A stretch of DNA of 64,000 bases. Origin: Eutreptiella sp. 'Long Island Sound 2002' (taxonomy: Eukaryota; Protista; Euglenida). The notes beneath the pieces were generated by a model. It was given only the letters and a program-made list of their open reading frames with translations. It was not told the DNA's origin and did no database searches. The stretch spans positions 170,252,001 through 170,316,000 of the forward strand of contig OZ038378.1 in the NCBI GenBank assembly GCA_964036045.1, in the 5' to 3' direction. Each line of letters starts with the position of its first letter. Position 1 is the stretch's first letter. Below are positions 49,540-61,700 of this stretch, in pieces. The position numbers and the translations under genes were made by a program.

Positions 49540-50550
49540 AAATCAAAAAATAACGTGCTGACACAACCAGTGTATATTCTTTCCCCATCTCACAGCTGAT
49601 GTCCCTGTATGCCAAAAGCATCCAGCAAACAAGCAGAGGGGTGATGGAGGCAAGAGGATATTTGAAATGCGCATGAAATCCATGACAGTGCACAAGCAAT
49701 AGTCGACAAAGCAACTAAATGCGTTGGGTAAACAATAATACATCATTCCTCATAGAAAATACGGGGATCTCTGTAAGATAATCGCATTAAAACGCAAGAA
49801 GGCCTTTGTTGCTGAATTGCTGGGCAGCAAACTGAAAATGACAATAACCAACATTGCCCCCAGCCTCCAACAGCACAACCAAATACTGAGGAATCATCAC
49901 ATTTTGGTGTCCTACACCAAAACAGTACCCAATGAAGTTGACAAATAATGTGTACAGGTGGATTGCGGGGGCTAAACCACCAGCGCAAAAAAGAAAGTCG
50001 GCCCAAAACACCTGTGTACACGCAAGCAGCATTTTTAGGTCACGTGAGACAAGAGGGGGCTCGACTGTAATGGCGCAAGGCCTGGCCAAGGGCTCTCGGG
50101 AATCCTTCCTTCCCCAGACATGGGAAGTCTTGAAAGTATGAAATGCGTCACATTGCAGCCTGCAAGCATGGCATTATGGCTGTGCAGAATGCAGAAAGCA
50201 GAAATTGTAAACGGAGGAAGACACTGGTAATGGATAACCTGGGGTCAGGGTGAACACGATGTTTGGGCCTCCAGCCAACAGTGGTGAGCCATAAACGCAG
50301 AGGACGACCAGTATTCCCAACCCAGCATTGTAGAAATCAAGAACACACACTCTGAGGATTTTCAGAGACCAATGTGGATTAAGAGGGGGAGTAGCCATGT
50401 TGACGAAAGAGTGATATCCCTTCCTTGCACACACCGGTGGGTCGTTTGGCCAGACTGTTGGGTGCCACTGGTGCTGAGTGGTGCTGAGTGCAGAGAGGAT
50501 GTGTTGGATAAGGTGGTGCAGTAGGAGTTTTTGTGCTTCTGGAACACGCA
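49540..50550 (-). pseudogene. Possible second decayed KDZ/CxC-type transposase
   Basis: Frameshifted RDPRIF ... (D)GFHAHF ... GKN fragments; weak. Confidence 0.22.
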
Positions 50551-51952
50551 TGAGCTAAAATGATACATATGCCATGAATCTTCATTGCAGTGAATACTTC
50601 TGCTCACAAGCCACGTCAACGACTGTAACATGTGATGCCTCAGACACACAACCAACAGGAAACAAAAAAAAACCAGCACATCTCAAAAATGGGGTGCAAT
50701 CATTCACAAGCACAACTGTAAGCAGAAAGGGACAAACAGATTGTGCCTATGGCCCGGGCTACATGGGCTTAGCGAGCACTAGGTGGGTCCCCGTGGGTGC
50801 TATTAATTTTCAGCCAACCAAATGCCAACCTGAAAACGGCAAGTCCTCACCGGCAAGGGCCCATAGGGGGGCCGACCGGAGGTGGAGTTCAGACCCGAGA
50901 CCCAGCCATTCGTTAGAGGGTCTGTGTATAACAAAAAAAATTACTCATGCGCTGGGTCTACATGGACCATAGCAGCCGCAATACACAAAAAGTTTTGACC
51001 CCCCCCATTCCCTCAAAAAAAGAGGCACCCGGATACTAGTACGGTGGTGGGGGTGGGGGCATGGGGGGGGGGGGGGGGTTGGCATGTCGCGATGGTGTGT
51101 TCTTGTCTGGCGGTGCCTATTGGCCGATCTGGCTGCCCTTCCCGTGGACCCTTTCCCTCCATGGGCAGTGGTGCCCATCGGCCTCTCCCACCCTGTGTCC
51201 TTCCTCTTCCTCCTTGCCCTATCTTTCCCTCTCTACTTCCCTTTCCCTCCATAGGTGGTGGCACCCATCAGCCTCTCACCACCCTGTGTCCTTCCTCTTG
51301 GGGGGGGGGGGGGGGTGGAGGGGTCAAAATCGAAAAACTCATTCTGGGTACTGGTACTGGTACCGTGGTGGGTGGGAGGGGTCAAAATCGAAAAAAAACT
51401 CATTGGGAGATAATTTTGATTTTGACTCCTAAAATGATGATTTTACAAGGGGTTAAACATCTGATATCACCCATGGGGGTATGTTACGCAAATGACCTCA
51501 AAAGGGGGGGTATATGGCACCCGCGCCTGTGCTTGATCTAACAACCTTTCTTTTAGGTGATTTTCTGCCCATCTTGGGAGGGGGTTCGAATCAACGCAGG
51601 AAAGAATAAAGAAAAAAAGGAAAAACCCCGTACCCGAACCAAGATACCCCCAGATGCTCCAGGTGCTTTCTCACAACTGGATTGATCTCACAACATCGTG
51701 GGCAAAGTGTTGAGAGGGCAGAGGCTGGCGTGTGCGCATATGTGTGAATAGGGTGCCATTCTGATGAGTTTCATGGCTGGCCTTCAACGGACACGTGAAA
51801 ACAGGAGTAAAACAAGGAAATGCCCTATCATCAATGGTGGTTTCCCCAGTGTTCAATATTAATATGGCATACCAGCACAGGTGCACTGTCGCATCTGTTT
51901 GCCCGTGAGCGTTGCCAAAAACCCAGTCACACACCCGAGGCCATAGTGCACA

Positions 51953-52309
51953 TCACTCTGAGCCAGTCACAGCCGCCACTTTGGTGGGCCTCAGATAAAC
52001 ATCCTTCGCAACACACGGCTCAAAGAACACTCCAAGGTCAGTAAACTTGTTTCCCTTGCCAACCATGACTGGCTCCACATGGATGCGGTCCTGACTCAGC
52101 CCAAGCTGGACTAATCTCGCTTTGCAGCAGCGAGCCTGGCGAACTACTTGTGGCAATTGGTCCTCCTTCATACTCTTTGCAAGAATGTCCACGTGAAGAA
52201 GCAAATGCTCCTGCATGAGCACCTTGATGGTTTGAATAGCAGTATGGCCGTCTTGGCTCAGCTCTAGTGCGGCAGGAGGCCTAATACCCTTGAACTTCAC
52301 CTTGCCGAC
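51953..52309 (-). CDS. TPR + OmpA-like protein, exon 5 (terminal): OmpA/MotB-like domain
   Basis: Acceptor ccctaccag|GTC, phase 0. VKF....LELSQDG..AIQTIKVLM.EH.LL.VDI...RQAR.CKARLVQLGLSQDRIHV follows the OmpA-like pattern. Confidence 0.7.
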   Translation of the reverse strand, partial: VGKVKFKGIRPPAALELSQDGHTAIQTIKVLMQEHLLLHVDILAKSMKEDQLPQVVRQARCCKARLVQLGLSQDRIHVEPVMVGKGNKFTDLGVFFEPCVAKDVYLRPTKVAAVTGSE

Positions 52310-54105
52310 CTGGTAGGGCAGAGGCATGGTGGCAAATTTGCGTGGGCAAAAATTCAAATGTTGGGGCTCAAAAGGTCAGGTGTGGACCTGCCACTGTGCC
52401 CCAGCTGCGCCTGTTTTCACACAGCCTTCATTGCCAATCAGTTCCAAGGGACAGTGCTCAGAGTTCTCCATCGATGTTCGAAGTGCGCACTTCCCTCCTA
52501 CCTATCTGGGGCTGTAGAATTGCCTTATTGTTGGCGTGTCTCTCCTCTCTGTCTCTCGTCCCTCCTTGGGCATTGGTTAGGGGGCGTGGAGTACATGCTT
52601 TATCTCGCGTGGTGTCTTGTGTTTCGTGTGGCTGTATTTGCTCATTGGCGGGTCCCACTCAACCATTCACATGTATGAAAGCACCCGGCGTTCAAACATG
52701 AGTGGGGTGGGGTAGTTAGTGGTCAACTGAGCTGGCCCCTGCCACAGGCCATGGCTTCACTTCAGGGTCTTTAGGTTTGAAAAAACCCAGTGGGTACAGT
52801 CAAATGTTGGGAGGTCACAGCACATGTAATCACCCGAGTTGCTGACCAACAAGCAACTTGAATCCAAGATAATAATGAGCGCAGGCTGCCTTTGCTACTT
52901 CTGTGGCAATGTTGGTGCTGACATCCACGACACCCACAAACATCTCAACCATCACAGCAGGCCCAAACGCCAGATACAGAAGCATATCGGCATGCTCAAT
53001 GATGCAATGCCGTTAGCCGTCTGAACCATCTAGTAAGATGGCAATGAAGATGAAGGTGAGATGAAGAGAAAATAGGTTGAAGAAATCTGCACTTCAGGGG
53101 CGTTTTCTTCTCAATTGTATTTATGCCAGGCAAATAAACGGGGGGGGGGGGAGGGACGCATTTAAATGGAAGTGGCGGTTGACCCTCCTCCTTGCAAACT
53201 GAAGTCCAACAATTTTGAGCATTTTCATCAAAAATGGTCCACAAAATACGCAAAACAGTGGCGCCAAAGGCGCTGGAGAAGAAGTTATCAGACGACTTGG
53301 AAGGGGGGGGGGGCTTCTGAAAAAAATTTATTCTATGCATCTATGCAGGGGGGGCGGGTCCAGCTCGGCCCCTTCTCTCGAATCCCCTTCCCTTGTGCTG
53401 ATTCCCTTCCCCAAAAGACGGTAGGAAAATTGTTTGTTTGTTTGGAGGGGAGAAAACTAAATGGACTAAACATCAGAAAACTCTGATTGAGACTGAGGAC
53501 AAACACATGACATGTCCAGCATCAAAGGATTAATACAGCCTCAGCCGCTGCTGCTGCTTGTTGTTACCAATGGGCGTGACGGGGGAGACTCACTTATATG
53601 TCCTAGGACCATACCGTACTAACACCAAACACATTGGAGCGGAAGAGGCTTCCGTGGGAAACAGGGTCCAAAAGAAAAATGTCTCCCTTCGCCCATCGCA
53701 GCTGGGCAGGGCATTCCCAAAACTCCCTGCAACTGGGACAAGTGCACAATGGAAATTGATACAGCGAAAGCAGGGGCAGCAACCCACAGCAGCTCGCAAA
53801 ATTGCAGCCGAAGCTTGCCGGTCCAATGATTCTCCTTCAATTCACTCTACTACTATCATTTCTCTTACTACCGGTTTTGCTCGATCTGTAAGCTAACCTT
53901 TTCACGCTGTCAAGGGAAACATGATGCTTGTTCGATCGTTGTGGTTCTGCTCCCTAAAATCCAGCTCCCTTCGCGTGATCCCATTGCAAGACAAGAACAC
54001 TCCACAAACCACGAATCAAATCGAGGTCCATTATGCTGGGTTCCAGACAAATTGAACACCTTTTCTCCCGCATGCACAAACAAGAGCCAAACTGCCTACA
54101 CATAC

Positions 54106-54477
54106 GTCGCCAAGGGCAGATCGTGCCTTCTCCAGCTGCGATTCAGCAATAGAAATCAGCACCTCCGCAATATTCATCTGGGCACCAGTGTGGCTTGGCT
54201 GAATCTTCAATGCTGCAGCAAAATCTTCCCATGCGCCTTGCAGATTCGCTAACTTCAAGCGCACCTCGCCTCGGCTGTAATGTGCATCTGCACTGTTCAC
54301 GTTTTTCTCGATTGCAGAAGAGTAATCCTCGAGGGCTTTGTATACCTCGCCTTTAACGTAAAAGTAGTAATCCGCGCGGTCATGGTAGGCGGCGCCCGCA
54401 TGGGGATTCAGTGCTATGGCTTGCACGTAATCCTCTGCAGGACTGCCGCATGCCGTGCCATGTCGGTGATTCAGCAC
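54106..54477 (-). CDS. TPR + OmpA-like protein, exon 4 (TPR repeats)
   Basis: AEDYVQAIALNP.AGAAYHDRA..YF...KALEDYSSAIE.N...ADAHYSRG.VRL...GAWEDFAAALKIQP. Acceptor ttactag|GTG and donor GAC|gtatgt, both phase 0. Confidence 0.85.
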
Positions 54478-56219
54478 CTAGTAACAACAGCCCGATTCTT
54501 TGCAGCAGTGACATCAGCGGTAAGAGGGGGTGGGCAAGTGCAAGGTGTGCAACAGTCATTGTTGAGAGGGGGGTGACACCAAATTACTTAAGCTGAATGG
54601 ATCGTGATGTAGAAAAACAGAAACAGCGCAGCAACATAGCAGTGTAGATACTACAGTGCAGCAAAAATGCAAACTGAGAAGAGAGGGGGGGAGGGGTTAG
54701 TGGATGTTTAGGCACCCACCAAGAAGCCCCTCTTCTTATGAACATCCGGGGGGGGGGGGGGTGCTCTCCCAAAAGGCACCCCTGCCCCACCTCTCCCTGA
54801 GGTGATGCTACCACAGCCAAAGCACATGGTCCCGCCTTGGGAGGGGGGTGTGACCTAATGGGAGGGGGGGGGGGTTGGCACAAGGCCATGGTGGTTGGCT
54901 CTGTTAGCCTGTGGCGGCGCCTATTGGCCTCTAGCCCTTGAACCTCCTGCTATGACAAGCAGGCATCCGCACTGCCGCGAGCATCCACCTGCCTGGGAGG
55001 GAATCCAGAATGCAAGTTCTGCCCATGGCGTCCCCCTTTGGGGGGGTAAATTTCGTTTCTTTCCACTATGGTCACTTTGGTCTGGAGGGGGGGGGGGACT
55101 CCTCCTATGGTTGTCAGCCGTTCTAATACATCCTTTGGGGGGGGGGGGGGCTTTTCTGATTTTTTTTGATGGGTTGTGTGCTTTTTCTGCTTTTGTTGTG
55201 AATGTGCTATAGCTGATGCTCATGCTGCTTGGGTTGCTGTGCTGGGTTGCTGCTCCCTGGGTTTGGGCTTTGGGGAAGACAGGGCCTAGGGTGATGCAGA
55301 GATGTAGCTAGGGGTTGTTGGTCTCATTTGCTGCTACTGCTACCCTGTGGACTGCTCCTTCTGCTTTGCTGTCACTGTTGCTAATGCTTTGACTGCGGCT
55401 TCTGCTATGCGTATGTATATATATGTATATGGCTGTGGCTGGCTTGCTTCTTGTGTGGCTTGCCTTTGTTGGATCAGGCTTTTCTCTTCTTCTGCGTTGC
55501 CGTTTCCATGCTGGGGATGGGACCTGAGTTGGGTTGTACTGCCGGTTGTGCTAGCAGTGGTACTGGCAGAGTGTGTTGATGGTGCACTGGTGGTGGTGGA
55601 GGGGCTTCTGCTTCTGCTGCTGCTGCAGCTGGAGCTGTTGCTGCCACCACTAGGCTTCTCCTTCTTGACAAAAAAAAGCTGATAGCATCCTTGTGCTTTG
55701 CCGATTTTTCAATCTTGTTTTCTGTTGTTCACTTTTGCAGTGCTGACGTTCAGCCTTGCCCACATTGGAAATGAGTACACCCACAGCGGCACTGGCTGGG
55801 TGGAGCAAAAAAAACCCAAGGAATACAGTCTGCAGAAAGGGACACGATCATGACAACATTGAAGAGAAAAAACCCTCATCATTATTCATGCAGTCCCAAG
55901 AGATATACATTAAGGGGGGGGTCATAGACTGCAGACCTACACACCCAAGCCATCATTCGAAGAGGAGGGGGGATCCCAGATTTTAAACCTACGCAACCAG
56001 GCTGGGGCACCCCCCCTTACGTGTGAATTCCTTATCAACGATGCCTGGTGTGCAAGTGCGGGCAAAGGCATGTGCCTCTGCATGCCCTTACCTGCACTTG
56101 TAGCCGTGTCCTTGTGTGTTGTGCCTGCCCCTGTTTCTGAACCCTGCTTGTTGCGCCTGTGTGTGCGTCTGTCCTGTGCCTGCGCTGGTGATGTGCATAT
56201 GCTCATGGGCATGCTTCAC

Positions 56220-56390
56220 CATCAGGCATACCCCTCTGAGGCGATGCAACTCTGAGAGGATCTCCTTGTCAAAGCCACCACACCCGAGTGCATGATCAAT
56301 CATGACAATTGCCTCCAAGTACTGACATGCCTTCATGTTGGATTGGACCAGCCGTATCACTTGCGTAGGGCTGCTGGGCAATTCAGCACT
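56220..56390 (-). CDS. TPR + OmpA-like protein, exon 3
   Basis: ctgtttccag|AGT...CTGATG|gtgaag, 57 codons, TPR-like (YLEAIVMIDHAL...ELHRLRGVCLM). Confidence 0.7.
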
Positions 56391-57535
56391 CTGGAAACAG
56401 CAAGACAATCCCATAGAACAGACGCCAGCCCTGGGAGAAAAACAGTTTGACACAGCCACATTACGGGCACATTGTAAACACCCACGCCCAGCCCCATGAT
56501 TTGTGTTCCCTGAACGAAATAAATCAGTTGTGTGTTGTGGTGTGGTGGGTTATGGGGGTGGCGCACATCATCGGCAGCACACACAACGTGACTTAACACA
56601 CGGCACGGCACGACACGACACACCTCTGCGAAACACAAAGCGAAACAATCCACAATACATATGGGTGTGGCCCCTAAAGAGGCATTGCTGAAAAGAGGTA
56701 TGCAGGGATATCAAGAAGATCAGTATGCAGATTGCCTCGAGCTGTATGGGTGATGGTCGCAGGATATGGCCAGGCCTATTTCCTCCACCACCCATGCCCA
56801 AACACCTCTTGCTTTTTTTTGCCCTGTTGGCCTTGTGGGAAGTGGGTACTTACAAGCATAACACAGCATGTTCATAGTTCCTGGTCCTTTTATATTTCTG
56901 CCATGTGAGTTGCCTTGGCTTGTGTTGTCATTTCGAAGTGTTGATGATTTCACAATTTGTATATTCCATGGGCGTATGGATCCGCATGGTGTTTCAATTC
57001 TTGGATTATTTTGGCGTGTAACCATCCATCCAACCGCTTGTAACCAACAAGCTGCCGAGCCATCGTATGACTAGGCGTATGATTTTTGACCGGAGTTCGC
57101 CCCCCCCCCCCCCCCCGGCCTTGTTGTGTTGGTGGGGCACATGGTTTCGTCTGTCCCTCGTCCTCTTTGGAGGTTCAGAAGGGGGGGGGCAAAAGGGAGA
57201 ATGTTATCGTGAGGGTCGATACTCAGCCAGGTCGGCCAAAAGACGACGGAAAAAGGGCGTACAAACAGCCATGGGACTCTGGAGCTGGCGTGCTGCTGAC
57301 CTATGTCTCCCACTTGCATTGCTGGACATGTTTGCAGTACTCTTGTGGGTACAAAACGTTTGCTAGTAAGCTGGTCACGAAGCTGGTTCACAGCCATAAC
57401 AAATCGGTGAAATCTGTCAAAAACCTGTCAAAAACCAGCTCAACATAGCCAGGTGTTCAGCGGTTATGGACACGGTAGGTACTGCAGGGCGTACATGGGT
57501 TATGACAGCAGAAGTCTCCAGAAGTCTGCAATAAC

Positions 57536-57809
57536 CTGTACTGGAGCAACGAATTGCTCTTGCTTCGAAGGTGGCGGTGTCTTCAACGGCGTGGGCCTGG
57601 TTTTAGTCACAACCAAGTCCTGGTCTTGGCGGATTCTTGATTCGAACGCAAGCATTTGTTCGGCAGAATTCGAACTCTCTTCCTTCGAGTTGCTTCCACT
57701 CGACGGCTGCTTCGGTAAAGATCTTTTCCGCCTCAACAAACGCTTTGGGGGTTGCCCTTTGGCTCGTTTCGACACGTTCAACGAGGATGCGTCTGTTGCT
57801 TCGCGTGCC
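57536..57809 (-). CDS. TPR + OmpA-like protein, exon 2 (low complexity, basic)
   Basis: Acceptor cttttcatttcag|G (phase 2), donor CAG|gttatt (phase 0); an extra small exon near 57355-57415 cannot be excluded. Confidence 0.6.
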
Positions 57810-57980
57810 CTGAAATGAAAAGTAAGTAAGACACAGACCCCGACTCTGCAGAAATCTCTCGGCAAACACGTGGGAGACAAGGCACAAGAGCGAACATTAA
57901 GGGTCGAAGTTGTTTTCGTCAGCGCATTTCTTTTATTTTCGAAAGCGCGTTAAGTGGCGGCGGACAGTGGCAGCAGAAAC

Positions 57981-58480
57981 CTCAAGGCTGAAATTGGCGC
58001 CCCTCTCATGTAGTCACCTGACAATGAGCTCATTAGTGGCGTACCAGTCAAGTCGTCAACGGAGACCTGCTTTTCTCGCCAAGCCTCGACGTCCACTTTC
58101 TCAGACGAACGTAGCGGAGCAGATGCTGGGCGAGCTGGACGAGCAAAGCGAAGCTTGTGCTTCGTCTTCATGTCGCCAAATACTCTCAGATTCGAGTGTG
58201 ACACAAGGGATCGTGGGTGTCCGATATTAAGTGGCGCCCCATAGCTGTGACCAAGTTTCACAACCCACGAAGGAAGGCTGGAATTATTCTTCTTCGGAGA
58301 GAGATTGGCCACTGGCTTGGGAGACAAGTCATCAACAGGAGTCAATTCTGGAAAGGCAATCCTTGTACGCGTATGTAAAACTGGATTGTATCTGTGCGCT
58401 CCCTCAGCGGATAAAACTGGAGTGTATTCATAGAGGTTTTCACTCAGTCGGATAGACTCCGGTCTATGCAAACGAGTCAT
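57981..58480 (-). CDS. TPR + OmpA-like protein, exon 1
   Basis: ATG at 58480 and donor AG|gtttct (phase 2) matching the exon 2 acceptor. Exon sum 500+274+171+372+357 nt gives an open 557-aa product. Confidence 0.65.
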
Positions 58481-58730
58481 GCAACAGACACTGGCCGTAT
58501 TCTGCCGAGGAAATGCGATAACATCGCTTTGTTATGTAAACAACAGAGACAATAGCCTGAAAGGATAAATGGAAGGAACAGACCAGATCCACTCAATCCA
58601 ATTTCATTAGCATTCTCAACGGAGGCCGCACTTATTCACATCAAAGACCACAGTGAGATAATTCGTTCAAGTACAGTCTCAAAACGGACAGTTGGCGCAT
58701 GGTAATTTTTGTGAGTTGTGTATTTTGCAG

Positions 58731-61700
58731 AGTTCCAGCGCGACCACCTTCACTTTAACCATGGAATGCACAGCACTCTAAAAGCCAACTATGGGTTGCG
58801 ACAGTTCAAAGAATCGAGGTTTGGATGGATTCGAAAACAATTCTGCTGATCGTTGATTTGTCACCTTTCATTTGAACGCTACTTGGCAGATATTCAAGAA
58901 TCGAAGCGGACTCGGCCAGAGGCGACCTTGGCTGATCAGCGATCGCAAGAGCAGCCAATCATCGGGGCTAGTCAGCCTACTCTTATTGATGGAGCCTCTC
59001 GGTATGTTCGCGTTGCATGTTTACGACGCAGGCCAGATTGACCTCTTTCATTGGCAGTAGATTTGTCTCTTGTTGCCGTAAACACATCCCTATTCGCATG
59101 CTTCACTTGTGCATAGCATGCATGTCTTGTTCTGCTTCGTGCGCATTTGGAAAATGCGCATTTGGAAACGGTTTTCAGACATGCTCACATTTTGCGTATG
59201 ACGCTGCTAAGAACGCAGGACCTCAGAGCTCCTCCGATTGCCAGCGCCGTTCAGCACCCCTTGGTGCTTCTAACATGACAGCGCAACCTCTGTCCGGCAC
59301 TCGTCATCTTGTTGAAGGTGGGGGGTGCCTTGTTCTCGCCAATTTTTGGTGATTTGATCACCACGAAATGGGCGCCAACGACAATCCACGTTTTGCAACC
59401 AGTTGCAACCACCGTTTCTTTCTATTTGTAACACTCCGACCTGTAGTGCACGTAGCGGTGTACCCTCTGCACTTGAACGTTGCGAAGCTGAATTTCACTA
59501 GTTGGGGCAACCGTTGCGGGTGGGTGGCTGTGGTACCTGCGATACTTTTGTGTTTGAAGAGGCAATGAGCGGCATACCAATAGAGCGGACTGAACGAAAC
59601 AGCAACTGCGGCACAGGGTTACTAGGCTGGGCAGTGCCTGAGGCACTGTGTGACTGGGCAACAAAGCAGTGCCTCTGGTACATTGAGGTTGAAGAAAATA
59701 GTAGGTGAGGCACAGTATCACTAGGCAATGGTACTCACTTCTCATTGCACGGCACCGTGTGGTGATTTTCATGAGCCCTCATGGTCACAAGCAACGAACC
59801 ACCTGGAGACCTATCGACCGCAATGCAACGAAGAAGCTGGACCGAGTCCTCCTCCCCGAATACGCTGAGCAAAGTAGAGGAAGGGCAGCTCAGTCGTGGA
59901 GGGGGTGGTTGCGCTCCCAATCCTGTCGTCATTGACAGTGAAGATGATTTCCCTGGCCCCGAGAGTTATACAGATCGGCATGTGAAAGAGACCGAATTGT
60001 TGAAGGAAGTGATCCACAGGACATCCCGGTGTGCCAAAGAACACTCTGTTGTGTGGGGTCGGATGTGCCATTCAACGTGCGGAATGCAGACACCCATCCT
60101 CTGTTTGGTGTTTCGGGTCGCTTTGCAATGTTCTTTCCTCTGTTTTAATTTCACGTGTACGAGAGAGCTTGCGTGTGTCAGCGATCGCGATGTTGCGATG
60201 GGGTGTCCGGCCAGAACGTACACACCAATCCTGTTTGCGCGGGTTACAGCAAATTTATTGATATCGGCCAGACTCCATTGGAAGCCACCACGCCAGAGCA
60301 ACCATCTCACATGCATGCGATGCCCGCCAGGTATGTGCTTGCACAATGTGTTGGGCAACTCAGCAACAACGCGACATTCCCATGAACTCCGCTACATTCG
60401 CATCACAGTCCGTTACATCCCTGTTGTAGTCCGTAATTTTGCCTTGCAGTCTGTTGCATTCCCACGTTATATTCCAGGTTGACAGATGGGTCCCAAGATA
60501 TCCTACTTCTTGGGTTACCAACCGCGGACGAAGGCAATTCCGTGGATTCCCTAAGCCAACCATTGGTAAATGACCCTGATGCGATGGTGTGTGACACGTG
60601 CTCTGTGGTTGTCAGTGGTCAGAAAAGGTTTGAAGTTGCCGAGGTTGTAGAAGAGATAAGGGCACGGTTCCAGCCGGTTGCAATGAATGCAGCGAGCAAG
60701 CCGGAAATGCTGATGGCATTTGCATGGCATGGCGTGCATTTGCATGCCGTGTGCTCGTAGAGCCCGTGCATTATCAACATTCCGTCAACATTGCGTCAAG
60801 GCGCAAGAGGGCACATAGAGCCGCATAGAGGGTGCACAGTGGACGCATAGAGGGCGCACTGTGGGCGGAGAGAGGGCGCATACGGGCCGCATGAAGGGCA
60901 CATCAAGGGCGCATATCAAGGGGGTGCATCATGGACACATGGTGGGTGCACAGTGAGGCTTTTTCTTTGAGTGTTGTTGAGCGTGCGTACAGCCAGTTTG
61001 CGCCCACCTCCCAAATCCTGGCCCCCGAGATGAGAGGTTTGTTGGAATCTGAGACCAAGGCAGCACACTACGGCCCATGAGGCCCACCAAGGCATGCGCT
61101 TTTAGTTGGCCCGGGAGAAAGATGGTTGGAAGTGGCTCGATCAGTTTTGGAGGGGGCCTGTAGGGTGAATGACGGGGTCCTGGTTTCGGATGTGGATTCC
61201 GGCCGTGCTGGGCAGACCAGATCTTTCCTGTGAGAATGACCGTTTTTGATCGATTCTCTGCTCGAGCGTGAGGACGACATAGTATGAGCCTCATTGCATT
61301 TTTGTTGTCCTGGTATCTCTTTTGAATCCCCCACCTTCTTTCAATGGTCTACTCGAATGAATGGCCGGTGCAGGGGAATCTCTGCCAGGTTTGCTCAGGA
61401 CACCGTCAAATTGCACCCCTCGTCGTTTGCAGAATGAAGTTTTCAACTACGTCAGCGCGAAATCCTATATGAGCCAGATTGCCGATGTCGGGGAGTTGGT
61501 GCAGGTTCTACCGATGGCAGAACCAAAAGCTCTTGCGCCATAGTTGCCGGCATATGTTTGCCTGTCATTGTGCATGTTTGCGCCCAATTGCCAGGTCTAC
61601 AAGCGAGACACATCATATGCTGAGTCCCTGTTCAGGCCAGCCCCGTAATCGGAATTAGGGGTCTGCTATTTTCATTTGTCCCAATTTGCTCCAGTTGAAT

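Noticed and set aside
51575-51600. GGTTCGAATC as a tRNA T-arm/B-box
   Set aside because: No T-stem pairing, acceptor stem or anticodon arm.
52830-53010. Protein-like block (MLLYLAFGPAVMVEMF..) as an extra TPR-gene exon
   Set aside because: Bounded by stops with no compatible acceptor; exons 4 and 5 already join in phase.
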